Shown here: piece by piece, positions 38,709 to 48,743 of the stretch | Layout of the letters: every line of letters starts with the position of its first letter | How positions within the stretch are numbered: position 1 is the stretch's first letter | Source of the DNA: a virus | Lineage: Duplodnaviria; Caudoviricetes | Length of the DNA: 64,000 nucleotides | Reading direction: 5' to 3' (one strand) | Virus record (IMG/VR): IMGVR_UViG_3300001598_000043 | Location: 1-64,000 of that record | The notes under the pieces: generated by a model | Told to the model about the DNA's origin: nothing | Database searches by the model: none | Seen by the model: the letters and a program-made list of their open reading frames with translations, nothing else | Made by a program: the position numbers and the translations under genes

Positions 38709-39723
38709 TTTTTGCCCTCTGTTTATCTACGTCCATTCCGTGAGATGTATTAGTTTCTTTTTCTTTTAGTTTGTTACCATCAATAGTATCACCGTACCAT
38801 CTGTAAGTTATTTCAACGTCACATTTAATAGGCATCTCAAGTATTTCCTCAGCTGCGTGTGACATAGTATCTGCAAGTAATTTAGAGCACTCATATGCAT
38901 TTTCCTCTGGACATTCTGCAATGATTTCATCGTGTACAGGAATAAGAATCTTAAATCCTAATTCTTGAAGTCTTTTATTCCTATGCAATTCAATCATCGC
39001 AAGTTTTGTAAGGTCAGCTGCTGAACCCTGTATTCTTGCATTTACACACTGTCTAACGGCATCAGATATCTTTTTACCATTGTCTATAATCCATATGCCC
39101 TCTGAATTAGCTTCTTCAAATATTCTCTGTTTATCTTTAAATCTGCACTTTGACAGTTTCTTTAGATAGTAATTTTGAATATGTTCTGGTACTTCGTACT
39201 CTATAGGTTCACCGTTCTCGTCTACGTCTGATTCAAAATCAAGTAAATCATCTGATGGAGATGAACCATCTTTCCACTTAAATTCATAATCGGGTAACTG
39301 TAAGTCAGGTAATCTTCTTTTTCTACCACAAACCGTTGTAACAAATCCTACTTCGTGTGCCATATCTAAACTGTCTTGTTCAAACTGTTTAATAGCTGGA
39401 AAACCTTGAAAAACACTATCTTTTATCTGTTGTGCTTTTTCAGTTGTTGTATTGAGCTGTTCAGCAATACTTGGAACTCCTCTTCCGTACAACACTCCAA
39501 GCAAGATTGATTTTGCTTGTGTTCTTCTTTCTTTTCCCTCTTTGTTTGTAGTTCCATCTTCTCTAAACTCTCGACAATCATCGTAGGATTTATTGAAGGC
39601 CTTACTTGCAATCTCACTATATAAGTCCTTTCCTTGCATAAATGTATCATACATCTGTGGGTCACCCTGTTGTCTACATAATGCCGCTAAACACTTCGGT
39701 TCTTGTTGACTAACTAAAGTCAC
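38698..39723 (-). CDS. polA: Family A DNA polymerase, C-terminal piece (motifs A-C)
   Basis: SQQEP (motif A tail), RTQAKSILLGVLYG (B), NARIQGSAAD, VHDE (C). Reading frame broken inside motif A. Confidence 0.88.
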   Translation of the reverse strand: MTLVSQQEPKCLAALCRQQGDPQMYDTFMQGKDLYSEIASKAFNKSYDDCREFREDGTTNKEGKERRTQAKSILLGVLYGRGVPSIAEQLNTTTEKAQQIKDSVFQGFPAIKQFEQDSLDMAHEVGFVTTVCGRKRRLPDLQLPDYEFKWKDGSSPSDDLLDFESDVDENGEPIEYEVPEHIQNYYLKKLSKCRFKDKQRIFEEANSEGIWIIDNGKKISDAVRQCVNARIQGSAADLTKLAMIELHRNKRLQELGFKILIPVHDEIIAECPEENAYECSKLLADTMSHAAEEILEMPIKCDVEITYRWYGDTIDGNKLKEKETNTSHGMDVDKQRAKNGR

Positions 39724-39999
39724 TAGACATTAATACATATTGTGTTCTTGTCCGTAACTTCATAACATAAATCACCCCCTTCAACTTCTTTAATACTATT
39801 AACATAAACTATATCATCAGTATCAACAATTAAAGCATCTCCAACTTTTATACTCGATGCACGTTTAAACCCATTTGGTGTTTCTACTTCACACCACTTA
39901 TTAAGTGTAAAAGTATTATTAGTGTCTACTATCTCATTTTCAGAATTAGTAGCTACAAACATCTTTCTAATGTCTTTGTTGTGAGATGGTATATTTTGT
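39723..39999 (-). CDS. polA: polA exon 2: QNIPSHNKDIRKMFVA plus a Hint-like insert
   Basis: Continues exon 1 (PNL|QNIP) after the intron omega-G; stops at NTICINV*. Confidence 0.75.
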
Positions 40000-40729
40000 C
40001 AAAATTGTTACCTTATAGGCTCTTTATCCTATAATTCAAACACTTGTTTATTCGTGTTTGTTCAGACTATCTCTCAAACCGTTTATAAATTGGCCATTAA
40101 TTTTATTTCTTCTATTTTCTAAATCTTTTATATGATGTACCCCTTGATGTTCAGAGCGTGTAGTTAATTCAAGATTTTCAATTCGATTATCCAGTTTATC
40201 ACCATTTTTATGATGTACTATTTCATCACTATTTAGTGGTCTTCCTAAATAATCTTCCATTACTTTTCTATGAACTTGATATCGTCCACTCACCGTAGAT
40301 ACACATTTGTATCCACCATATATATATACTCTCTGGGTTTACGATTTCCGCCACGTCTATTAGCAATCTTCAAAGCACTTACTTTATGTAAAATTGATGA
40401 TTGTGTTCGTCCTAAATATTTTGAACATTTTACTAATCCAAGGGTCTCATAATTTTCTTTTAGCCATTCAACATCTTTCTCACTCCACCATTTGTACATA
40501 TTTGTACCTCCTTTATCAAGGAATATTTTATCATAAGAAAGTATGTTTTGTAAACGGTCAACGGGCGCTCGTGTCAGTTTTATTGTTTTTGCTACTCAAC
40601 TGTTAGTCGTTACACCTCTTCACTACTTTTATGCAATTCGTGAATTTGGCTCGGTATTCGCATTTCAGCCTTTACCGAATTCACCCGTTTATGCATTGTA
40701 CATATTACTATGCACACGCCCACAAATTT
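40000..40729 (-). mobile_element. Group I intron in polA (730 nt)
   Basis: 5' splice after U in CCAAACCT, 3' omega-G in ATTTTG|ACAAAAT. P3 AACGGG(T/C)G/CGCCCGTT, AATACCGAGCCAA, P7 GACTA/TAGTC, P9 TTATAGG/CCTATAA. Splicing restores PNLQNIP. Confidence 0.88.
40048..40499 (-). pseudogene. Intron-encoded HNH endonuclease, frameshifted at a (TA)n tract
   Basis: VHRKVME..LGR.L...[20 protein letters not shown] in one frame, N-terminal part in another. Removing one TA joins them ([22 protein letters not shown]). Confidence 0.75.
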
Positions 40730-42045
40730 AGGTTTGGTTCACTACTTGAGAATCTACCTGTATCTGCACCGTACTGATTAAACTTACAATGTACTCTACC
40801 GTCTTTTGGGTTAACACAATTAGGCATCTTGTCTATGTAAGTATCAATTAATTTAGATGTTCCTCTATAATCTAAAATAGCTTTACATATTGGATGGTCG
40901 ATATTAGATAATACTTCTTCACCTGTTCCTCTCAATGGTTTTTTAGTTTTCTTATCAATCGGTTGAGGTAGTTTCAATATATCATATAACAATGTAGCTA
41001 ACTGTGTTGGAGATGCAACATTTATTGGGTCATCCAATTTACAATCACTATGAGTTACAATATATCTCGAAATCTCATCTTCATAGTCATTACAAATATC
41101 GTAAAATGTGTTTAGTTTCTCTTCCAACAAACTATGATATTTCTCTTTTAACTCATTATTATAATCTAAATCTAAAGTAATTCCATTATCCTCCATATCA
41201 GCAACTACTGATACACAAGGCATCTCAATATTATTGAATACCCAAGCTATATCCTGTAATCCTCTTGACTTGCATATTTCACTATTCTCATCAAGATATT
41301 TACGTTGATACATATATAACTCATATGTAATCTTTGCATCGTGAGCCGCATACAAATAACCTGTGGTAATTGGAATCTGTGAAAATGGTATACCCTTAAA
41401 TAAATCATCAAATTTAAAGGCATCTCCCTCACCACCAAGTACATACTTTTGATGAAGTTTCTTTAAACCATTATTACCAGCTCCCTCGTTCTCATTTAAA
41501 CATCGAGCAGCTAAATAACAATCCCATTTACATTCTAAATATACACCTAATCCGTGTCTGATGAATCGTATATCGAAAGCTGCATTAAACATTATAATAT
41601 CAACTTTAGCATCTACAATTCTCTGAAATTCTTCTTTAACTACATCAATAGGTAACTGATTCTGTACCTTTGCCATAGTTATATAAGATATGTGATTTAA
41701 AGGGATATATGATGTCTTTTCACCAGGTGTGTAAATACATATACCTACAAGGGTATCTACTAATGGGTCTAAACCTGTGGTCTCTGTATCAATTGCAATT
41801 ACATTATTCTCAATACATTTTGATATGTAATTATGCAATACATCTACATCTTGAATAATCAATGATTCTTCTTTAAAATCACCCAAGTTTTTCTCTACAA
41901 ATGCATTAATTGTAGATATTCTACCCATAATACCGTTACCACCTCTAACCGAAGTAGCAACGGCTTTAGATTTAGCATTAGACTTCTTTGCTATAGACAT
42001 TGATTTAGTTTTATCTGCACGTTGTGGTACATTAAATAAAGCCAT
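40730..42045 (-). CDS. polA: Family A DNA polymerase exon 1 (3'-5' exonuclease and start of the polymerase domain)
   Basis: IAIDTETTG, FNAAFD, YAAHDA, DTGRFSSSEPNL. Confidence 0.9.
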
Positions 42046-42065
42046 ATAGCTAACCCTTTCTTACT

Positions 42066-42764
42066 TTAAAATCCCTCGTCCTCATTTCTTCTGCCAGCAG
42101 GTGTTCTTCTTGATACAGGTTCTCTGTCTGCTCTGTCATCTCTTCTTGCACCTCTATCAGATGGACGACTAGTTGTTTCTCGTCTTCTTGTATCTCTATT
42201 TGATGAATCATCATCTGGGAATTCACCATTATCAAGATAATAATACATCTCGTCTGCATTCTTATCTAATACAAGTCCACCTAAAATTGTAGGCATCTCG
42301 AAATCTTCAAGTGTTGAATCGTCTGAACCCTGTTCATAAATTTCATAAGATGTCTGTGTATCACCAGGTTTTCCGTGTCTTTCAACCTCGAATTTATGTG
42401 ATACTAAATTAGAATAGTGTGAACATAAACTTGAGAGTTTTGCACCAAACTGTTTTCCTCTTTCCCAAGTCTGTACTCTGTCTTCATCAATGTTATAAAC
42501 TGGTACGAAATACTTTGCAGTTGTAAACATCTTCTCTGCACAGAATGGACACACATCAAGTGGCTGTCCGTACTCTCTAATACAGTTTACGTATCTCTTC
42601 TTTCCATCAATTTCTACCTGATGTACTGCAAGTCCTTCTACATCATCAATGTCTCTGTAAAGGAATCTAACTCTTGCTACATCCTTGTCATTCTTGAGTG
42701 AAAAGAATCCACCTCCACCCTGTCCACCGTACTTGTCTGCATCATCAACTGAAAATCTTGCCAT
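42066..42764 (-). CDS. Single-stranded DNA-binding protein (gp32-like)
   Basis: GGFFSLK..VARVRFL, C....CPFC zinc site, acidic C-tail NEDEGF; directly upstream of polA. Confidence 0.75.
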   Translation of the reverse strand: MARFSVDDADKYGGQGGGGFFSLKNDKDVARVRFLYRDIDDVEGLAVHQVEIDGKKRYVNCIREYGQPLDVCPFCAEKMFTTAKYFVPVYNIDEDRVQTWERGKQFGAKLSSLCSHYSNLVSHKFEVERHGKPGDTQTSYEIYEQGSDDSTLEDFEMPTILGGLVLDKNADEMYYYLDNGEFPDDDSSNRDTRRRETTSRPSDRGARRDDRADREPVSRRTPAGRRNEDEGF

Positions 42765-42766
42765 TT

Positions 42767-43480
42767 TTACTTTTCCTCCTTTTTGTTAGTTTTTGATGTT
42801 TTTGTTTTATTCTTCAAGATAAGATTATCTATTGAAGTCTTAATAAGGTCTTCTATGATTCTCAATGTCTCGTCATTATACTCACCAAAGTTAAACTGAC
42901 AAGGCAATGAATAATTAATAACTTTTGTTGGGGTATTACCATTAATGTTTGACTCTTTGCAGAATAACTTAACTTCCTTTTTAGTCCACATTAACTTAAT
43001 AAACTGTCTTCCGTTGTACTGTAGAGGTCTAAATTTGAATGTCTCATCAGATGGTATTCCTACGACTCCACCTAATTCAACTACTTTTGATGTTACAAAT
43101 TCAAGTAACTTTGATATGTCATCAGAATTAACATTATTCTTCTTTGACTTCTTATCTTCCTCTGAATTCTTTGACTTTTTAGCCTTTTTTGTATCTTTCT
43201 CTTTAGGTAATTCAACAGGTGTCTCTTCAACAATCTCAACTGGCTTTTCTTCAACCACTACAGGTTCTTCAACTTCTTCCTTTGCAGGTTCATCTGCAAC
43301 TTCTACCCACTTTCTCTTATCCTTAAGAGTGTGTCTCTGTAGATTTAAAGTCTTACCCTCTGCCGTCTCAAGCATAACTGTCTTTGTCTTCTCATCTTCA
43401 CTGATAACCTTTACAAAGAAGTCCTTATCTGCTCTCTTAAATGTCTTACCTACTAATGTCTCAATACTTACGTTTTTCAT
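42767..43480 (-). CDS. Hypothetical protein with Glu/Lys-rich linker
   Basis: Start MKNVSIET after AAGGAG. Confidence 0.6.
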   Translation of the reverse strand: MKNVSIETLVGKTFKRADKDFFVKVISEDEKTKTVMLETAEGKTLNLQRHTLKDKRKWVEVADEPAKEEVEEPVVVEEKPVEIVEETPVELPKEKDTKKAKKSKNSEEDKKSKKNNVNSDDISKLLEFVTSKVVELGGVVGIPSDETFKFRPLQYNGRQFIKLMWTKKEVKLFCKESNINGNTPTKVINYSLPCQFNFGEYNDETLRIIEDLIKTSIDNLILKNKTKTSKTNKKEEK

Positions 43481-43586
43481 ACTGTTTTCTCCTTTTTTAA
43501 GTGAATGTTTTTTGATTGGGTGTTGCATAGACAGTGATTGTGAATGGTATGCTCACTGTCTATGCAGAGTGTATATACTATCGGTC

Positions 43587-43910
43587 TTATAACATCTTCT
43601 CTAATTTCTTAATTAGTGACCTGTATACATCAAGTTTTAATTTAGACTCATCAGATAATTCATCCTCAGTGATTTCAACATCTCTCCAAACATTTTCCAT
43701 TAATGGAATTGTTTGTTCATCATCTTCCCAGAGTAAATCATACTCATGTGTCTCTGAATTCCACTTACGTTTTTGTTCAAGCTCTTCGGTCTTTCTGTAC
43801 TCTGTTAACAGATACTTAATATCTGTCTGTACTAACTCGTACAACTTATCCAATTCCTCAAGTTCAATCTGCTTTCTCTTGAATACACTAATCTCTTTTA
43901 CCATTTTCAA
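43587..43910 (-). CDS. Hypothetical early protein
   Basis: AGGAGG RBS behind the 43961 promoter. Confidence 0.6.
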   Translation of the reverse strand: MKMVKEISVFKRKQIELEELDKLYELVQTDIKYLLTEYRKTEELEQKRKWNSETHEYDLLWEDDEQTIPLMENVWRDVEITEDELSDESKLKLDVYRSLIKKLEKML

Positions 43911-43960
43911 ATCCTCCTGTTTTTAAGTGTTTTAAGTGATTGTGTCCTTGACACATTAAC

Positions 43961-43989
43961 ATTGTATCAAACTATTATTTATTTGTCAA
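43961..43989 (-). promoter_or_regulatory. Consensus sigmaA promoter (repeated cassette type)
   Basis: TTGACA-aataaataatagtttga-TACAAT. Confidence 0.85.
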
Positions 43990-44257
43990 CACTAAAAATG
44001 AATATTTTTGTCTTCGTTGACTATTCTCATTACATTATGCAATTCTTGTGCAGTACAATGTATTGCTTTTTTCTTTCTTTTTAGTTTGGTATCAAGTCTA
44101 ATATGTTTTCGTTCATCATCTAATTTCTTATTATACTCCTTATAGTATGGTGCATCCATCATATTTATCATCTCCTACAATAAATTAGGTATCAACGCAA
44201 TAAGTAATAATAATACTAAAATTAATCCCATAACCAAATAATGTTTATTTTTCATAT

Positions 44258-44497
44258 CTACACCTCTGATAATCCTAATAAATAATCTGCACTTACATTT
44301 AATGTCTTACATAACAGATATAAAGTATAAGAATTTGGAATCATCGTCTCTTGAACATAAGCATATATATTAGTGTGATTTAAATTTGATATCTTTTCTA
44401 TTTGGATATAAGTTAATCCACTATCAAGTATTGATTGTTCTAATCGTTTTCCAAATCCTGTAGGAATTCTTCTTTTTCTAACAGGTTCGTAACTCAT
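44258..44497 (-). CDS. XRE-family HTH regulator
   Basis: FGKRL...GLTY.Q......P....L..LCKTLNVSADYLLGL. Confidence 0.85.
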   Translation of the reverse strand: MSYEPVRKRRIPTGFGKRLEQSILDSGLTYIQIEKISNLNHTNIYAYVQETMIPNSYTLYLLCKTLNVSADYLLGLSEV

Positions 44498-44802
44498 TCC
44501 TCAACACCTAACCTCTCTGCCTGTTTCTGATTGCCTATCCAAATCCCAGTAACTTCTTCACATACAGTTATTGGGTCTGCATCTCCGTACTTTTCTTGCC
44601 AAGTATCCCAAATATGTTGTGAGTAACCTATTATATATTTAATATCATCATCATTCATATTAGTCACTTCTTTAAGTGCCATAACTAATGTTGAATAAGC
44701 ATACACTACAACATTTTCTGATGCTTCTTTGTAGGCTTCGTCAGTAACCTGACGTTTAGCCCAATCACTCATATTTTGTTTAAGTCTCTGTTTCCTATTC
44801 AT
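44494..44802 (-). CDS. Hypothetical protein
   Basis: 102 aa, coupled to its neighbours. Confidence 0.55.
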   Translation of the reverse strand: MNRKQRLKQNMSDWAKRQVTDEAYKEASENVVVYAYSTLVMALKEVTNMNDDDIKYIIGYSQHIWDTWQEKYGDADPITVCEEVTGIWIGNQKQAERLGVEE

Positions 44803-45385
44803 TATCTTCTACCACTATAGCATTATAATTTTTTGTATGTTCTTTGATGTAATTAAAATAATTACCTTTATTTCCAAGTATCTTCTTGATTACTGCCATT
44901 GCAAATCCTTTTTCAGGGTCGAATGTTTCATTATCTCCACACTTAACTACTGTCTTTGTTCCATCTCCCCAAAATACTATTGTTGCTGGTTCATTGTAAA
45001 TTACATTCTTAATATTCTTAATTGTTGTCATTGTCCTATCCTCAAGATTAAGTAATAATTTATTATATCTAAGTGAATCTAATAAATCATCGTTATGTTT
45101 GTTATATTTTTCCCATGTCCTACACATATCTTTAGTCCTCTTAAATTCTTTATCTAAATCTCTTATAATCTCTCGTTCAAGTTGTGGTACGTATTCATCT
45201 GTTGGTATACTACGATTATATCTACATTGGATACCATTTACGCTCCACTTGAATTTCAAAATTCTTGATACACTTATTAAATTTAAATCCTCAATGCAAT
45301 CAATATAATTAACCTCACAATACCATCGTAAATTTGACATATTTAAAATTATACTTTCTTCTTCTCTACATTTACTAACTAACAT
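44795..45385 (-). CDS. Conserved phage hypothetical protein
   Basis: IKNVIYNEPATIVFWGDGTKTVVKC...FDPEKGFAMA. Confidence 0.6.
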   Translation of the reverse strand: MLVSKCREEESIILNMSNLRWYCEVNYIDCIEDLNLISVSRILKFKWSVNGIQCRYNRSIPTDEYVPQLEREIIRDLDKEFKRTKDMCRTWEKYNKHNDDLLDSLRYNKLLLNLEDRTMTTIKNIKNVIYNEPATIVFWGDGTKTVVKCGDNETFDPEKGFAMAVIKKILGNKGNYFNYIKEHTKNYNAIVVEDNE

Positions 45386-46344
45386 TAAAATAACTCCTTT
45401 AAATTATCAAAATATTCTTTTGTCATATCGTTTATATCTTTAGCAATATTTTTATCCCACTTGTATTGTGTAATAATTTTACCTGGCACATTTGATTTTA
45501 TTCTATTCCTTGCATGAATTCCTGCATCATCCATATCAGTAGCTAATATAAATTTTCTACAAGGCATTTTTCTTAATTGTTCAAATTGCAAATCATTACC
45601 AAGTCCATTCAACGCAACTGCATATTTGCCAAATGCCCAACAAGTCAATGAGTCTATCATTGATTCACATATAATTACTTCTTGTTTCTCCAATTCACAC
45701 GACTGATATAACTCGAATAAACCATATACAGGCTTTTCAGCACCGCTAGGATAATTGAAAAACTTACTATTAATGGAACGCCTAGCAACAAATAAAGTAT
45801 GCCCATAAACATCTCTGATTGGGAATGTAATGCATTGCGTATTTTTGTCATAGCCGATGTCAAATAATTCAATAACTTCATCTGTTAATTTCCTCTTATA
45901 CATATATGGGTGATAATATCTATAACTATCTAACTCTTCTTCACTCACATATTCTTGTTCTTTTTCTACTTTTGGTTGTCTTGATAAATTTAACTTAATA
46001 TCTTTTCTCTCATTTGTCTGAATCGTTGCAAAATTCTTAAGTAGCCAATTCCAACCATATGCACCTATCATATCATCATAGTTACCGAAGCAATGTGAAA
46101 TAACTTCTTGTAATGAATGTGTTTCACCACAAGTAAAACAGTGGAATTGACCATCAGATTTTCTAATTCCAGCTGATGGTCTCCTCTCTTGACCGTTTTT
46201 ATGATAAGGACAACTAATCATAATATCATTTGGTGTCTCTTTAATTGAGTTTAATAGTGGGATTTGATTAATTGTTAATTGAGATTTAAGTTCATTTACA
46301 ATCTCACCTAATTCTGCACTAAAATAAATTCCATTTATCTGCAT
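45385..46344 (-). CDS. dnaG: DnaG-type primase
   Basis: CPYH...ERRPS...FHCFTCG zinc finger; TOPRIM ICESMIDSL...ATDMDDAG. Confidence 0.92.
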   Translation of the reverse strand: MQINGIYFSAELGEIVNELKSQLTINQIPLLNSIKETPNDIMISCPYHKNGQERRPSAGIRKSDGQFHCFTCGETHSLQEVISHCFGNYDDMIGAYGWNWLLKNFATIQTNERKDIKLNLSRQPKVEKEQEYVSEEELDSYRYYHPYMYKRKLTDEVIELFDIGYDKNTQCITFPIRDVYGHTLFVARRSINSKFFNYPSGAEKPVYGLFELYQSCELEKQEVIICESMIDSLTCWAFGKYAVALNGLGNDLQFEQLRKMPCRKFILATDMDDAGIHARNRIKSNVPGKIITQYKWDKNIAKDINDMTKEYFDNLKELF

Positions 46345-46345
46345 C

Positions 46346-46687
46346 TTATCTCTCCAAAATTAAATCTAATTTTCTTAAAGCTTTTACGAGTTCACAAACA
46401 TCCATACCATTTTTTAAGTTATACCAAATCTTATTTGCCATATCCTTATCAAAATAATTAGTTCTGTATGAACCGTTTACGTAACCAGCATCTACGTTAT
46501 ATGCACTTCCATTAACGTATGGTACTATTGATAATTTGAAATCATCTGTTGGTTCATATGTCTTATAATCTCTCATTCCCATATATCCCCAATCTTCTTC
46601 AAAAGCTCTTTCAAAGAATACACAAACCTTATGATTCTTTCCAAATCCTTGAATATCCATTGTCTTGATTGTTCTAATCTCTCTCAT
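46346..46687 (-). CDS. Hypothetical early protein
   Basis: GGAGG RBS behind the 46735 promoter. Confidence 0.55.
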   Translation of the reverse strand: MREIRTIKTMDIQGFGKNHKVCVFFERAFEEDWGYMGMRDYKTYEPTDDFKLSIVPYVNGSAYNVDAGYVNGSYRTNYFDKDMANKIWYNLKNGMDVCELVKALRKLDLILER

Positions 46688-46734
46688 ACTATAGTCCTCC
46701 GTGTTTTAAGTATTTAAAGTTTTACTACACTCTA

Positions 46735-46763
46735 ATAATAACATTATATACAATTATTGTCAA
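46735..46763 (-). promoter_or_regulatory. SigmaA promoter
   Basis: TTGACA-17-TATTAT. Confidence 0.6.
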
Positions 46764-46767
46764 ATCC

Positions 46768-48075
46768 CTAAAATACGTCTGCCTTATCGTTTGAATATTT
46801 CTTCTTTGTGTCCTTTATTGTTCTATTAGCATTTGTATCACTGTCACTTGGAATGTATGTGAAATCACCACTGTCAATATCCCACATATAATTAAACTTA
46901 TCACCGATTCTACCAAATCTCTGTTTCTTTATTCCTATCTCAAGCACACCATTGTTTTTCTGCCTAATAGATAATACTTTAGAAGCATTGTGGGCAATAC
47001 CATCTGAATCTCTGATACTCTCTAATTCTGGTGTTCCCTCGTCTTCATCCTTTGACATTGCACCATTTCTGTTGGCCTGTACTACAACTAATATTGGTAT
47101 CTGCATCTCAACTGATAATGACATTAAGTCCTCACTAATATTTGTAAGTGTTGTAGTCTTATTATCACCACGTCTTGACCTTTCATCTGATAGATATGTA
47201 ATACCATCAATTGCAATCATATCTAACTTATATTTTTTAATCCAATTCTTTAACTTTGTAACAGTAACATTCTTACCAAAGTCATTTGGTGTGGATACAA
47301 TAAACTTATTACCTCTACTCTTAAGTGATTCTATGTAGTTTCTATACTCTTCATCATCGACTTCATTCTTTCCCCACATCAATCCCTTATTAGAAAAGTT
47401 ATTAAATAGTGTATCAAATCTAAATCCAATACTACTTGCACTCATTTCAGGTGACATATATCCTACATTATAGCCTGTCTGCCATACGTGTGTACACATT
47501 TTTTCAAGTACCCAAGATTTACCTTGATTAGTTCTTGCAACTATTACTAAAAATTCTTCTCCTCTTTGTATTCCGTGAGTAACATCATCAATCTCTTTAA
47601 ACCCACTCTCAAAGAATGCATCTTTCTGATGTTGTTTAGTTTCAATGAATTTATCTAATCTTTCAGATGCCTGTGCAACGATATCTACACCTTCAATATC
47701 ATATTCAGGTTCGAGATTTCCAATCTGACTTATTAAATATTCTGAAGCTGCATTACTATCAGTTTTAAGTAAATCTGCCATATGTTCAATAACTGGCACT
47801 GTTTTGTAATATAAATACTCTTCTCTAATAGTACTTACTAAATATTTATCTGATTCTGACACATCTACTAATTCAAATCCATCAAAATTTGCCAAGAATG
47901 TTGATTTATCTGGTACATTTCCATATTTATCATAATGGTTTTGTATGAAGTTTATTTCTTCCTCATAACCAACAAAATAATCTGATGTTAATAAATTTTC
48001 TTCTAATATTGACAAATCTCCAGATGATAAAATCTTTGAGATTATTTGTATTGACACTATTGGTACAGATGTCAT
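46768..48075 (-). CDS. dnaB: DnaB-like replicative helicase
   Basis: VARTNQGKS, SPEM, IAIDGITYL, VVQANR, SDGIAHNAS, KQRFG. Confidence 0.92.
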   Translation of the reverse strand: MTSVPIVSIQIISKILSSGDLSILEENLLTSDYFVGYEEEINFIQNHYDKYGNVPDKSTFLANFDGFELVDVSESDKYLVSTIREEYLYYKTVPVIEHMADLLKTDSNAASEYLISQIGNLEPEYDIEGVDIVAQASERLDKFIETKQHQKDAFFESGFKEIDDVTHGIQRGEEFLVIVARTNQGKSWVLEKMCTHVWQTGYNVGYMSPEMSASSIGFRFDTLFNNFSNKGLMWGKNEVDDEEYRNYIESLKSRGNKFIVSTPNDFGKNVTVTKLKNWIKKYKLDMIAIDGITYLSDERSRRGDNKTTTLTNISEDLMSLSVEMQIPILVVVQANRNGAMSKDEDEGTPELESIRDSDGIAHNASKVLSIRQKNNGVLEIGIKKQRFGRIGDKFNYMWDIDSGDFTYIPSDSDTNANRTIKDTKKKYSNDKADVF

Positions 48076-48077
48076 AT

Positions 48078-48743
48078 CTACACCCTCCTATCTGTAGAAC
48101 CTTTAAGTATGATTTTTCTTGAACCATTCCATATTCTACTGTATAACTTCGGCCCTACTTTTAAATTTAAATCTTTGTCTAATAAATTACCTGTAAATAT
48201 GTTTGACTTTTCTTCTAAATCTCTTTGGTCTAAAAAGGTTAATAACTGTGTCAAATCATAACTTGATAAGTAATCACTACCCATCTCATCCCATACAACT
48301 AAATCTGCACTTATTAGATTATGTTTTAACTCGTTTAACGACTCATCTACACGTTCAAAATCTTTTAGTCGAAGTAATAACGTAGGTACGTGTACAAACA
48401 GTCCTCTTACACGAAATCCGTTGCCTGGCCATATCTCATTGAAGTACTTTAACAATAACTTTATTGACCAACTTGTTTTTCCATTACCATTATACTTACT
48501 TGCAATATATAGATTGTTTCCATTCTCTACAAACTCAACAATATTATCTTTAATGTCTGCAAGTTCTGTAAATGCTTCAAAATCTATTTTTTCTGGTGTA
48601 AGACTTTTTGGAATCTGTTTTGCTTTAGGTAATCCACTTGAGTTCATTAAATAACTCATCTCAAGATATCTTATACAACTATTAGAACATTCATTTTCAC
48701 AAACTTGTTTATACCAACAATCAGAAAACCGCTCTTTGTCCAT
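48078..48743 (-). CDS. DnaC/IstB-like helicase-loader ATPase
   Basis: NGNGKTS, LVVWDEMG, IFTGN, LYSRI. Confidence 0.85.
   Translation of the reverse strand: MDKERFSDCWYKQVCENECSNSCIRYLEMSYLMNSSGLPKAKQIPKSLTPEKIDFEAFTELADIKDNIVEFVENGNNLYIASKYNGNGKTSWSIKLLLKYFNEIWPGNGFRVRGLFVHVPTLLLRLKDFERVDESLNELKHNLISADLVVWDEMGSDYLSSYDLTQLLTFLDQRDLEEKSNIFTGNLLDKDLNLKVGPKLYSRIWNGSRKIILKGSTDRRV

Noticed and set aside
39723-39960. Functional intein in polA
   Set aside because: No N-terminal Cys/Ser block A, no block B His and no C-terminal His-Asn followed by Cys/Ser/Thr. Kept only as a Hint-like relic.
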